In this document: positions 1 through 12,700 of the stretch, one piece after another
Layout: each line of letters begins with the position of its first letter
Numbering within the stretch: position 1 is the stretch's first letter
Origin: Balanoglossus misakiensis
Lineage: Eukaryota; Animalia; Hemichordata
Assembly: GCA_040954595.2 (NCBI GenBank)
Contig: CM082576.2
Coordinates: 14,015,129 to 14,079,128, forward strand
DNA: 64,000 nucleotides
Reading direction: 5' to 3'
The notes under the pieces: generated by a model
What the model saw: only the letters and a program-made list of their open reading frames with translations
Told to the model about the DNA's origin: nothing
The model's database searches: none
Made by a program: the position numbers and the translations under genes

Positions 1-174
1 TGTTTTTTGTTTTTCATCTGGGTATACACATTCAATAGTATGGTATGGTGCGTTGACTGTACCAGAGTTTAAACTCACACCAACAAAATGCCAGGATGTA
101 AAGGTCACAAGGGGGTCATGAGGTATTCCCTTACATAGCATTTAACTTATTCATTGGCTTAATTGCTGTTGCAG

Positions 175-2658
175 GATTGATGATTATTTTGAAAGTGGGT
201 GCTATGCCAGGTTTGCTATACCGCTGAGTGTAGGTCTTGAAGTTTTTCTGCGCCACTCTGACAAATACCTGCCAGCTGATATAGCCTCCGGATGTGGCTG
301 TCCATCAATTAAACACGGTAAGGACATCAGATTTATTTGAAATCGTCACAACTTTATTTGACATGCATATAGCTGTTACTCCGATCACTTGAAATTTTTG
401 GAGTACATGCATCTCAACTTTCTAACTTATCTCTGTGAATAAATTTAAGGAAATCAATCAAATTTTATCTTGGGCATAGTGGTTTTACAATGATTGTTCG
501 ATGTATTTCGGACCATCACAAATGTGTTGGGCAGTCGGTTCCCATAACCTAATGGCGGGATATTGAATTGCATTGTGGGTAGAAAGTCGACCCATTTTCA
601 TGAAATGTGATATATTATGGGTATTTTTTGTCATATTTATGGCCCAAAGTTCTGTCTTTTCAACTTGGAAACACACCTACCTCAGTAGTTCCACACCATG
701 GATACACACAGTCATTACATAATGGACCTCTAAGCAAATAAAATGATAAACGACATGAATCTGAATTTGACGCATTTCCAATTTTTTTTTCCCCTCTATA
801 CTGATGCATGCATGCAACTATTCAGTTACACTTCCAATGCTGGCGAGATTATGTCTTGAATACAATATTTGTTTTGACAGCAATAAAATCAACTTTCATA
901 CTGGAATTTATAGTCACTGATATATTAATTTCCATCTGTTTTTATTTTACAGGTGTTCTTCTAGGGCTCATCAACATACCTGTTCTGATTGCAATGAACA
1001 AAATGATTGGTTGCAGTAGCAGCTGTGTGACACTTGCTTCACGATGTTTGCCGAAGTGTTTGTCCACGAAGTATCTTGAGTCATTCAGGTCGGGTTTTAA
1101 GAAATGGTGGCAGGTAGGTTGACACAGATGCCTCTGTAGAGCATATACTTTAGGTTAAGCATGTTTGTTTACTGTAAAACACTTTATTTTCCCGAGCAGT
1201 AAATTTTTCGCGAAATACACGAGAGCCAAAATAGCGTGAAAATGAAAAGTTACGTAATTTTTTTTTGAAGAAAACGATGCAGTGAATGAAATAAGAGAAT
1301 ACGAAAATTAATACTCGCGAAACAGTGGCCTCTCTCGATATCACTTTATTTCAGATGGTTTTCTCTGAACTCACCGTGACTGGAAATCTAGTTGATTATC
1401 CCAATTCCGATATGTTTGTCAGTAGAACGGATTTGTCGTAATTATATAACTAAACAAAGACAAAAACTCTTGGCAGTCTATCAAGTACCAAAACTATCTT
1501 GCTCTGTAGACAAAGCTCTTGAGTCTATACAGAAGAGCTGTTGTATTCTGCTGGTGTTTCAGTCTCTTTTTGCCAACCACTGTTTGCAGGTGCATCTGCT
1601 CAAATGTAGAAAGGAACTGGCATTAAAAATTACCTGCTTAGTACCAAAATTGGGGTCTTGGAGAGTTTCATTGGTTACAATTGCCGTGCTTCTGGTCTGC
1701 AAGTGTTTGACAATTGACTTGCCTGTCCAGTCAGAAACGAGGAACAACTCTGTGTGATTTATTGGCACCATCCAAAAACCCAGGCTTGTACACAACTGCC
1801 CCATGTGATATTTTTATGATCAATAATCCTGTGCTAAAATTCTTTTCTTAATACAGCTGTCCTGTCAAGATTTAGCGTTTGATATCATTTCTCCCTTTCT
1901 CACCAACTGTATAATCATTGCTGGCCTATCGATTTTATGATTAACCTTTGACCCTTTCATACGTCTATACAGGTTTTCTTCAGTGCTGGTGCAGTGGCTG
2001 GAGCCGTGATCTCTGCCATGGCTGCTGGCTCTGTTGGAACAGTTCCAGGAGTGTCCAAGAATGCTGCATTCATTGGGGGAGCAGTTATGATCTTTGGAGC
2101 CAGACTTGCAAATGGATGTGTGTGGTAAGATTCCACTTAATAATGCCATCTTTCGCTGGGCATCCTTTGGATTCTTTTTCAGGTGTGCAGAGACTTGCAA
2201 TAATAAAATTTTCATCGCACAATTCTAATATACAGTATGTGGGTTGAAGACAATCTGTGAAGAACAAAATGTTCATAGACTCATTTGCAGACTCTACCAG
2301 GGCCCGAAAAATATTTTGAAATCATTAAAGGGAGTTACTTTGTCTCTATAAAATTCACCATAAAATTCAAAACTAAATGTTAAAATGGCTGCTATCATCT
2401 TTCCTGGATATAACATGCCGTTTCTCAAGTAGTTACTTTCTAAAGAACAGCAGAGAATCAGTATTTTCAAAATGGGATCATCCACTACCAGTGTTCACAA
2501 ATAATTGTATTTGTCTGTTTCTTTTACCATTGTGTTGCAGTGGTCATGGCGTAACTGGTGTCAGCCTATTGTCTGTGACATCCCTGGCGAACACAGCTGC
2601 AACAATAGCTGGCGGTTGCGCAACCGTGAAGGCGATGCAGTTACTCGGTGTCTTCTGA
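175..2658 (+). CDS. YeeE/YedE-family (thiosulfate/sulfur-compound transporter-like) membrane protein, 5'-partial, spliced; exons 175-317, 953-1113, 1973-2124, 2541-2658
   Basis: All introns are GT-AG and phases join cleanly (2/1, 1/0, 0/2, 2/stop). Spliced translation: ...GVLLGLINIPVLIAMNKMIGCSSS...KKWWQVFFSAGAVAGAVISAMAAG...AFIGGAVMIFGARLANGCVCGHGVTGVSLLSVTSLANTAATIAGG...GVF*. The FGARLAxGCxxGHGxxG segment is the YeeE/YedE signature. Upstream exons lie outside the window. Confidence 0.85.
1170..1345 (+). mobile_element. 3'-truncated copy of the same ~200-bp MITE family, in an intron of the YeeE-like gene
   Basis: TACTGTAAAACACTTTATTTTCCCGAGCAG...GCGAAACAGTGGCCTCTCTCGATATC closely matches the copy at 50625-50836; the right TIR is missing. 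Confidence 0.75.
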
Positions 2659-3742
2659 GAAGTTGACAACGCCTGCAGCAATAACCTGTTGTGATGATGT
2701 CATCAATGGTGCATCTTGTGGTCTCGTTCGGTTTAGCACAGTACAATGTACATGTACATTTTGTAAGTGGTATCTGCTGCTTGGACAATGGTTTCATTGT
2801 GAAGCAAGCTGTCCATTGAGCACACACAAGACTAACACACATTTGTATGAAGTTTATCAGTTTGCATCAAGTTACAGTTATGAAACTTGCATTTGACAAT
2901 CACCAGACTGTTACAGATGATTCAAAATCGACAAAGAATCTTAACATTTGAGAAATTTAATGTTTTTTTTATTTGAATGCAATTTACAATGATTTGGTAT
3001 ACGCGATGTTCATGTCTTTAAAAATAGAAGTGAAATGATCATTTGATGAATTGCAGAGTGGTTTATAACTTTTGTGTATTCTAATCCCATATTGTTCTTT
3101 TCTATTACTCTGCGATTCTTAATGTGCCATCAATTAAATACCTGTGCTATGACTGCTGCTGTAAGTAATATTTTAATTTTATCTTATGTTGTTTCATTTT
3201 CCTCTCCTGCTAGACCTGTTGATATGTCCAGTATATCACCTGTAATTACTGGTACCACCGCCTATTGTATTCATGTATTACTTAACTTAATAGTATCAAT
3301 GCTGACAAGTTGCAACCAATTTTAATAAATGCCCACAATTTTATTTCTTATACACTTTGCAAACCATCAAACCTTACTTAGGAAGATCATCCACTGCTGT
3401 ATATTTTGTATGAGAACCGTCAGCTGCAGTAATAGGACTCGGAATGACAGGGCTATGCAGAAGACATTTATATTTTCATGTCCACTTTATAGCTACCAAT
3501 AACTCAAATATCCCAGGGTTATACTTCTACCAGTGGCACTTTGTCAGCTCTTACTCAGGAAGTCAGCATCTCCATTTATCGAATCTTACAGTTTGAGTAC
3601 ATGTAATTGTAACTTTATAGGAGAAATAACATCCCTGCATTGTGTCCACAACAAAACATTGTTACAGCAGCTGATTTGAACCTGATTTTAAGGTCTTCTT
3701 CTTAAAAACATAAATTATATTTCAATAAAAAATAAGAAGATA

Positions 3743-6700
3743 TCAACATCGTGACGATGTTTTATTTCTGTGAATTTTCCTGGTCTTCTTTTTCAGCTTC
3801 TTGATGCGTTTCAGTTTTGCTTGCAATTGTCCATCATCATGCAGATTCTCCAGTACATGTTTGACATATGTGTTCTCTGCAAAATATCAGACATGTGTCG
3901 TTAGACCTAATGGGATTGTGGTTACATACATCATGCATAGTGTATGGTTGTCTTGTTTATTCGGAGAAACAAGTCTATCTGCAGAGCAGAGCATTCAACA
4001 ACCAAAAATAGGCATCAAGAATCACCATGACAACAACTGACTTTTTTGTCTGCTCACTGCGCCAATACTCAAACGTGACTAAACTGGCCCCCCACAATGC
4101 CCCGTGTTAACACGCTTGACGTAAACGTCTCCTAAAAACTGATGCAGAAAAATAAACATTCCCAGCATGTTAAAATTACTGCAGTAAATTTTTCTACATT
4201 GCAACCACTCACCCTGATTCAACAGAAATGATGCAACGATAGCCTTTCTTTCCAGCAACTGCTGGCCTGCGTCAGAGGTGACCTTGACCTTGCCTTCTCT
4301 GAAATGATAACTTGGCCACCAGTCCAACCGGCCAGTCCAACACTCCCGCAGAACTTTAAACCCTTCGTCCGTGGGACTACGAGACAAAACAGATCAGTAG
4401 GGGTGAAATTGTATGTTGATATATGAGACACTGAGGGCGCTCTTGAGTTAACAAGACATTGAATGTACACATACTACACTTACTTTTCATACACAGCAGT
4501 CAGCTGGTCAGCCAACATTATCCAAAGTCGAAGGTCATTCTGCCAGCATCCATAGTCCAACAAATTAAATAGAAATGGCAGCGATAGAGCTTGATCAACA
4601 TCTGTGGGAGACACAATGCAATATAGTTACCTACAGTTGGTTATTTTCAAAGGGTATAATGTATTGCTTTTTCCAAATAAAACAATCTAGAGGGCGTACT
4701 GTTCCGGGTAACTGCATGTCACCTTTCACTAGTCTGTCTTATTTGGCACATATTTGTAAAGTTTAAAAAAAAAAACTTACCAGTATTTTGTAAAATTTCA
4801 CACATCTCTAGGGCTAGTGCATCCGAAGGAACCAAAGACAGCAGCTCCTGCAGGAAGAGTAAAATTCAATCAATTCTCTCACAAAACATCTGAAAATAAT
4901 TGGTAATAAAGGCTCAAGCTGACCCCTTTTGTAACAGTGAGTGAGACCAAATGGGTCGGGTGTTGATGAAAGTTTTCCCATGCGTTATTAGATCACAGTG
5001 CAATGTCAACAACCACTCAATTCTTCTCTCATTCTGACGTGAAATAAATTGTAACATTCCAACTACCTTTAGGACAGGAATGAGTTCATTTGGATGCGCG
5101 TCTCGTTTCTTCAGGAAGTAATACAGATACTTGTGTGCGTTCAGATTCTCAGGATTCATGGCCTTGTATTTCTCCAACAAAATATTGGCTTCGTCGTATC
5201 TTCCATAGTGTTCAAGTAACTGAACACAAACAAGAGAGATATCGGAGTCAAAACTCTGTATTACTAAATGCATTTGTTTCATGCAAATCTGACATCTAAG
5301 AAGTATATAAATGTATACAAAAAAACACTTCATAATTACTGACAAAGGACCATCATTATGCTTAAAATTTTGACACTTTCTAATTGATAAATTATCATTT
5401 CTAATGAATCCCGTGCATCCCTTGTTATTTACCTCAACATGTTTCGTGATAAATATGTCCCAAGTTCCTGGGATTTCTGTGCTGACTTCAAAGTGCTGGA
5501 TAGCTCTTCTGGCATAACTGTTAGCAAGACCGCTCTCCAAGTTATCCAAGTCTGCATTCTTGTCTGAAACAAACACACACACCATCATTGATTTAAACTA
5601 GGATTTTCTGTTGCAAACAGAACTACTGAGGATATTATATTGAGTGCAAGACCTCATAGTATTACAAGCTGGCGAGCACTAATGCTAAGAATGTTCAACA
5701 TTACACCTTGTTACGGGCCCAAGCCAAGCCAGGCTTGGGCCCGTATTGGTTTCGTTGGGGTTTTTCTTTACGGGCCCAAGCCAAGCCAGGCTTGGGCCCG
5801 TATTGGTTTCGTTGGGGTTTTTCTTTCTTTCTTTATTCTTGGTTCATTTCTTTCGCGCTCTAGATCTCAGACACCGCTGCAGGTACAGTTCTCAAACTTG
5901 CTACAGTGGTCAAGGTCAATGAGTAGATGTGCAGTGACTTGTGAATACTTAATTAGTCACGTGACATGGCGGCCATATTGGATTTTCTGAAAAAATGCAA
6001 ATCTCAGATCTCAGAAACTACAAGTCAGATCGACTTCAGATTTGGCGTGCTGGTAGTATACCCTCTGCCCATCATTTTTGTAATTGGATATTTTGCTGTC
6101 AATGTTGCAGTTTTTTTGCTACAGTTGTTTTTCTGAAATCTGGTCAAAATTTCAAAAATCTTCTTCTCCAGAACCGGCGATAACCGAGTCACGCCGTTTG
6201 GGTTATGTGGTCACCTAACTGATGTCTATCAAGTTTGCGAAGATCATTGTGATTGGTCAAAGATTATGGCGGCCATATTGAATTTTCGAAAAACCATAGT
6301 AAAACTTCAAAAATCTTCTCCTCCAGAACGGGCGATAACCGAGTCACAAGATTTGGTGTGTATGGTCATTAAACGGATGTCTATCAAGTTTGCGAAGGGG
6401 AATGTGATTGGTTGAAGATTATGGCGGCCATATTGGATTTTGTGAAAAACGATTAAAAAGTAAAAATTCCTTTTCTAGCCTAAAAATTGATAGCACAGAA
6501 ATTCTTTTTATGGATATGAATCATCATATGACAAGAATAAGCTATAAATATTTTTGTAATTTTGGCAATGACCTTTGACCTACTTTTGACGAATCATTTT
6601 TCTGCATATCTAATTCCAGGCTAACCAATAGGGCTATAAGTTTGGTTTTTGATGTATGTGGATTTGTATGTGATCAAAACATTTTGCTACTTTTCATGAC

Positions 6701-9700
6701 CCCTTTGACCTCTGGTGACCTCATTAAATATGCGCATACCTAATTAATGATGAACCAATAGACCTAGAGGTTTTGTTTTTGTTATACATGGACCAGTATG
6801 GGGTCAAAATATTTTGCCCAAATGTTGGGTGACCTCGGGTGACCTTTGACCTACTTAACACTATATTAGCATCAGATCAGATAATAGAGCTTGGGCCCGG
6901 ACAATGCTGCTTGCAGCTTTAATTCTTTCTTTCTTTCTTTCTTTATTCTTGGTTCACTTCTTTCGCGCTCTAGATCTCAGACACCGCTGCAGGTACAGTT
7001 CTCAAACTTGCTACAGTGGTCAAGGTCAATGAGTAGATGTGCAGTGACTTGTGAATACTTAATTAGTCACGTGACATGGCGGCCATATTGGATTTTCTGA
7101 AAAAATGCAAATCTCAGATCTCAGAAACTACAAATCAGATCGAGTTCAGATTTGGCGTGCTGGTAGTATACCCTCTGCCCATCATTTTTGTAATTGGATA
7201 TTTTGCTGTCAATGTTGCAGTTTTTTTGCTACAGTTGTTTTTCTGAAATCTCGTCAAAATTTCAAAAATCTTCTTCTCCAGAACCGGCGATAACCGAGTT
7301 GCGCCGTTTGGGGTATGTGGTCACCTAACTGATATCTATCAAGTTTGCGAAGATCATTGTGATTGGTCGAAGATTATGGCGGCCATATTGGATTTTCGAA
7401 AAACCATAGTAAAACTTCAAAAATCTTCTTCTCCAGAACGGGCGATAACCGAGTCACAAGATTTGGTGTGTGTGGTCATTAAACAGATGTCTATCAAGTT
7501 TGCGAAGGGGAATGTGATTGGTCGAAGATTATGGCGGCCATATTGGATTTTGTGAAAAATGATTAAAAAGTAAAAATTCCTTTTCTAGCCTAAAAATTGA
7601 TAGCACAGAAATTCTTTTTATGGATATGAATCATCATATGACAAGAATAACCTATAAATATTTTGGTAATTTTGGCAATGACCTTTGACCTACTTTTGAC
7701 GAATCATTTTTCTGCATATCTAATTCCAGGCTAACCAATAGGGCTATAAGTTTGGTTTTTGATGTATGTGGATTTGTATGTGATCAAAAAATTTTGCTAC
7801 TTTTCATGACCCCTTTGACCTCTGGTGACCTCATTAAATATGCGCATACCTAATTACAGATGAACCAATAGACCTAGAGGTTTTGTTTTTGTTATACATG
7901 GACCAGTATGGGGTCAAAATATTTTGCCCAAATGTTGGGTGACCTCGGGTGACCTTTGACCTACTTTTGCATATCTCGGCATCCAAAGCAGGTACAGCCT
8001 TGGCATTTGGAGATATGGGGCCATATTGAAAAGCCAAAGTTTTGGGTCACCTGTGACCTCTGCTGACCTCATTTATTATGTGCATAGCTAATTACAGGCG
8101 AACCAATAGAGCTAGAGGTCTGGTTTTTGTTGGACATGGACCACTATGGGTCAAAATTTTCTTGCCCAAATTTTGGGTGACCTCAGATGACCTTTGACCT
8201 ACTTTTGCATATCTCGGCATCCAAAGCAGGTACAGCCTTGGCATTTGGAGATATGGGGCCATAATCAAAAGCCACAGTTTTGGGTCACCTGTGACACCTG
8301 CTTAACTCATTATTTATGTGCATACCTAATTACGGGCTAACCAAAAGGGCTAGAGGTCTGGTTTTTTGTTGGACATGGACCACTATGGTTTAGAATTTTC
8401 TGCCCAAATTTTGGGTGACCTCGAGTGACCTTTGACCTACTTTTGCATATCTCGACATCCACAGCAGATACAGCCTTGGCGTTTGGAGGTATGGGGCCAT
8501 AATGAAAAGCCAAAGTTTTGGGTCACCTGTGACACCTGCTTAACTCATTATTTATGTGCATACATAATTCCGGGCTAACCAAAAGGGCTAGAGGTCTGGA
8601 TTTTTGTTGGACATGGACCAATATGGGTCAAAATTTTCTGCCCAAATTTTGGGTGACCTCAGATGACCTTTGACCTACTTTTGCATATCTCGGCATCCAA
8701 AGCAGGTACAGCCTTGGCATTTGGAGATATGGGGCCATAATTAAAAGCCAAAGTTTTGGGTCACCAGTGACACCTGCTTAACTCATTATTTATGTGCATA
8801 CCTAATTCCGGGCTAACCAAAAGGGCTAGAAGTCTGGTTTTTGTTGGACATGGACCACTATGGGTCAAAATTTTCTGCCCAAATTTTGGGTGACCTCAGA
8901 TGACATTTGACCTACTAAACACTATATCAGCACCAAACATAGATATAACCTTGATATTTCATGGGATAAAACACAGCATTATATTTCTACTCATTAATTA
9001 TGTGCATATCTAATAATCTGATCAGATAATAGAGCTTGGGCCCGGACAATGCTGCTTGCAGCTTTAATTATTCTTGGTTCATTTCTTTCGCGCTCTAGAT
9101 CTCAGACACCGCTGCAGGTACAGTTCTCAAACTTGCTACAGTGGTCAAGGTCAATGAGTAGATGTGCAGTGACTTGTGAATACTTAATTAGTCACGTGAC
9201 ATGGCGGCCATATTGGATTTTCTGAAAAAATGCAAATCTCAGATCTCAGAAACTACAAGTCAGATCGACTTCAGATTTGGCGTGCTGGTAGTATACCCTC
9301 TGCCCATCATTTTTGTAATTGGATATTTTGCTGTCAATGTTGCAGTTTTTTTGCTACAGTTGTTTTTCTGAAATCTGGTCAAAATTTCAAAAATCTTCTT
9401 CTCCAGAACCGGCAATAACCGAGTCACGCCGTTTGGGTTATGTGGTCACCTAACTGATGTCTATCAAGTTTGCGAAGATCATTGTGATTGGTCAAAGATT
9501 ATGGCGGCCATATTGAATTTTCGAAAAACTATAGTAAAACTTCAAAAATCTTCTCCTCCAGAACGGGCGATAACCGAGTCACAAGATTTGGTGTGTGTGG
9601 TCATTAAACGGATGTCTATCAAGTTTGCGAAGGGGAATGTGATTGGTTGAAGATTATGGCAGCCATATTGGATTTTGTGAAAAACGATTAAAAAGTAAAA

Positions 9701-12700
9701 ATTCCTTTTCTAGCCTAAAAATTGATAGCACAGAAATTCTTTTTATGGATATGAATCATCATACGACAAGAATAAGCTATAAATATTTTTGTAATTTTGG
9801 CAATGACCTTTGACCTACTTTTGACGAATCATTTTTCTGCATATCTAATTCCAGGCTAACCAATAGGGCTATAAGTTTGGTTTTTGATGTATGTGGATTT
9901 GTATGTGATCAAAACATTTTGCTACTTTTCATGACCCCTTTGACCTCTGGTAACCTCATTAAATATGCGCATACCTAATTAATGATGAACCAATAGACCT
10001 AGAGGTTTTGTTTTTGTTATACATGGACCAGTATGGGGTCAAAATATTTTGCCCAAATGTTGGGTGACCTCGGGTGACCTTTGACCTACTTTTGCATAAC
10101 TTGACATCCACCGCAGATACAGCCTTGGCGTTTGGAGGTATAGGGCCATAATGAAAAGCCAAAGTTTTGGGTCACCTATGACACCTGCTTAACCCATTAT
10201 TTATGTGCATATCTAATTTCGGGCTTACCAAAAGGGCTAGAGGTCTGGTTTTTGTTGGACATGCACCACTATGGGTCAAAATTTTCTGCCCAAATGTTGG
10301 GTGACCTCAGATGACCTTTGACCTACTTAACCCAATATCAGCACCAAACATAGATATAACCTTGATATGTCATGGGATAAAACACAGCATTATGTTTCTA
10401 CTCATTAATTATGTGCAGATCAGATAATAGAGCTTGGGCCCGGACAATGCTGCTTGCAGCTTTAATTTATATTTTTAATTATGTACGGTACCTGTGTCAT
10501 TTTCCCGCTCATCACCGTCCTTTCTTCTGTCCACGTTTTCTGCCCACATCACATATTCCATCAGACCAGTGTACAGCGTAGTCATGAGTTTCCACCTGCC
10601 TTCAGATTGGTGTTCATCTTCGCCGATGTTCAAGCCAGACGTCTGATGCTGGGTGATTGTTCTGTGTGCCTCCTCCAACTGCCCTTTGCTCAGCAGGTAC
10701 ATGGAATGCTCCACGGTTTTCTGCACTTGGTGGTGACTGCTCAGTTTCTTCATTTTTCTGAGGGGAGGGGGGGGGGGGTTGAAGACATAATATGAATACA
10801 TCTCAGGCACTGCTTAACACTTTCTACGCCATACTCATGAACTTGTCATTCGTGTTTCACAAAATTAACCTTGTTACTTTCACTATATTTTTTTCCTAAA
10901 ATGTTTTGATCCAGACCTGCAGAAAATGGAAAATTGTGTCCACTTGGATTAGAATTAATTGAAAATGGTAAAAAACGTTGCACCACGCTTTCAGAGCTAA
11001 GGTGTACAAAAAAATATGTTACAGATACAGTCAAAATTAACGAAAAACGCAAAGCATTTTCACTGTTAGGTTTCTGAAAGTAATATCTATAGTATATGAT
11101 TGATACTTGCCCATAAAACAATTCCGTCACTCCAACTGATGACTTGGGATGACAATACATAACTTCAGCACCACACTACGAATAAAAACACAACATGAGA
11201 TATAATCTTTGTGCTGTTTTCTGCTAAACAGACTCCAAATTTAATCAGTTTCTACATCATTTAGAGTGAAAATAAAGCGATGAGATAAAGTCTTACCCGC
11301 CAGATGATGTCATTTGTTGTTTTGGGATCCAGACAGAGAGATTCTAAGACCAGGTTTGCTTCTTTCCATCTGTGGTTTACTAAACACTCTTTCAGTAAGG
11401 CCAGTAATGGTTTGGATATAGCTATACGGCTGTTGTCCTCTGGTGTAATTTTGTGGGATGCTGTACGTGACAGAGAGGAACACCGCATTACTTGCTAATT
11501 ATTCTACTTTCTGTACACAAAACCATGAGACAACACGGTATGATATAAATATGCTTTATCACTGGCATCTTTGAAAAGACAAAAAGTCAACGCTTGGGGA
11601 AATGCCCAGTTCAAACTCTTGTCCTAATAGATGTAATCTAGTGTAGTAACACACACACAAGAACTGATGGCATATATGAACACAGGGTGTCCTGTGGTGA
11701 AGCGCTACGCTCGCATTTGGCAACTGGGCTGTGCATGGCCCATTAAATTTCAGCTGATGTAAATCGAAATTTTGCCATAACCAAATGTTCAGATGTTTGA
11801 GATAGGGTGCAGTTCACTTCAGCCTAGCTGCTATGATTGTAGCGGGTGCTGCTAGGTTGATTATATGTGTTTGGGCTGTGAATATATATCATCAACCTAG
11901 CAGCACCCGCTACAATCATTGCAGCTACAGTTCAGCCTGGAGGCTTCTATGCCAGGGAATCTGCAACAAAACGAAAGCTGTCTTCCAAGTCCAGAGATTG
12001 ACACCAATCAGGTAGTTTGAGTCGAAGGTTTCAGAAACTGGGAGCGAGTGACAAACAATAACCACACACAGGTTCCAAACTTACGTTCTGAGTTTACTGT
12101 GAAATCACTGAAATCATCCTTATCTATAAACGCAAACAAGCTGGCGACTTCTTCAGCATCTTCTGGCCCCTCCCAACCAATTGACACCCCATTGGCACCT
12201 TCATCACCATCATCACTTGTTTCATACTCCTCCTTCAAAACCTGGATAATCGAAAGAAGGAAAGAAAAGGATAGAAAAAAAATCATGAAAGCTATAGTGG
12301 TATCAGCACGTAAACATGTACAGGACCAGGAACTGGACTGTACCATTCTGAGGTGAGGGTTAGCATTAGGGTTATGACTTATTTAAAATTTATTTATTTA
12401 AAAACTTGACTTTATTCACGAAACTAAATCGCTTTAGTCATTTTAAATACAGTCATAACCCTTGAAGAATCATCCCCACCCTTCGCCACTACATAATGGT
12501 ACAGTCCACGTTGCAGTCACATGGCAGTACAACCATGGAGGTGTGACAGTAGTCCATCAGCACTTCTGGAGGAGGGTGACTACAGTCTACACGTACTTGT
12601 ATGTCATGACAGTGCTGCGAACAATATCGTCAAACTAGCTAGCTGCAGTTCAGTAGCTCGACGTTTAGTCTTGGTAGCTCGAGGTTATGCCGTATAACAC

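Noticed and set aside
5640-10162. Repeated short ORFs (MQISDLRNYKSDR..., MAFQYGPISP...)
   Set aside because: They recur only because they lie in repeat copies; no transposase, Rep or helicase motifs.
5711-10466. CRISPR-like repeat/spacer appearance of the hairpin repeats
   Set aside because: Eukaryotic context; the intervening sequences are homologous to each other rather than unique spacers; no cas genes.
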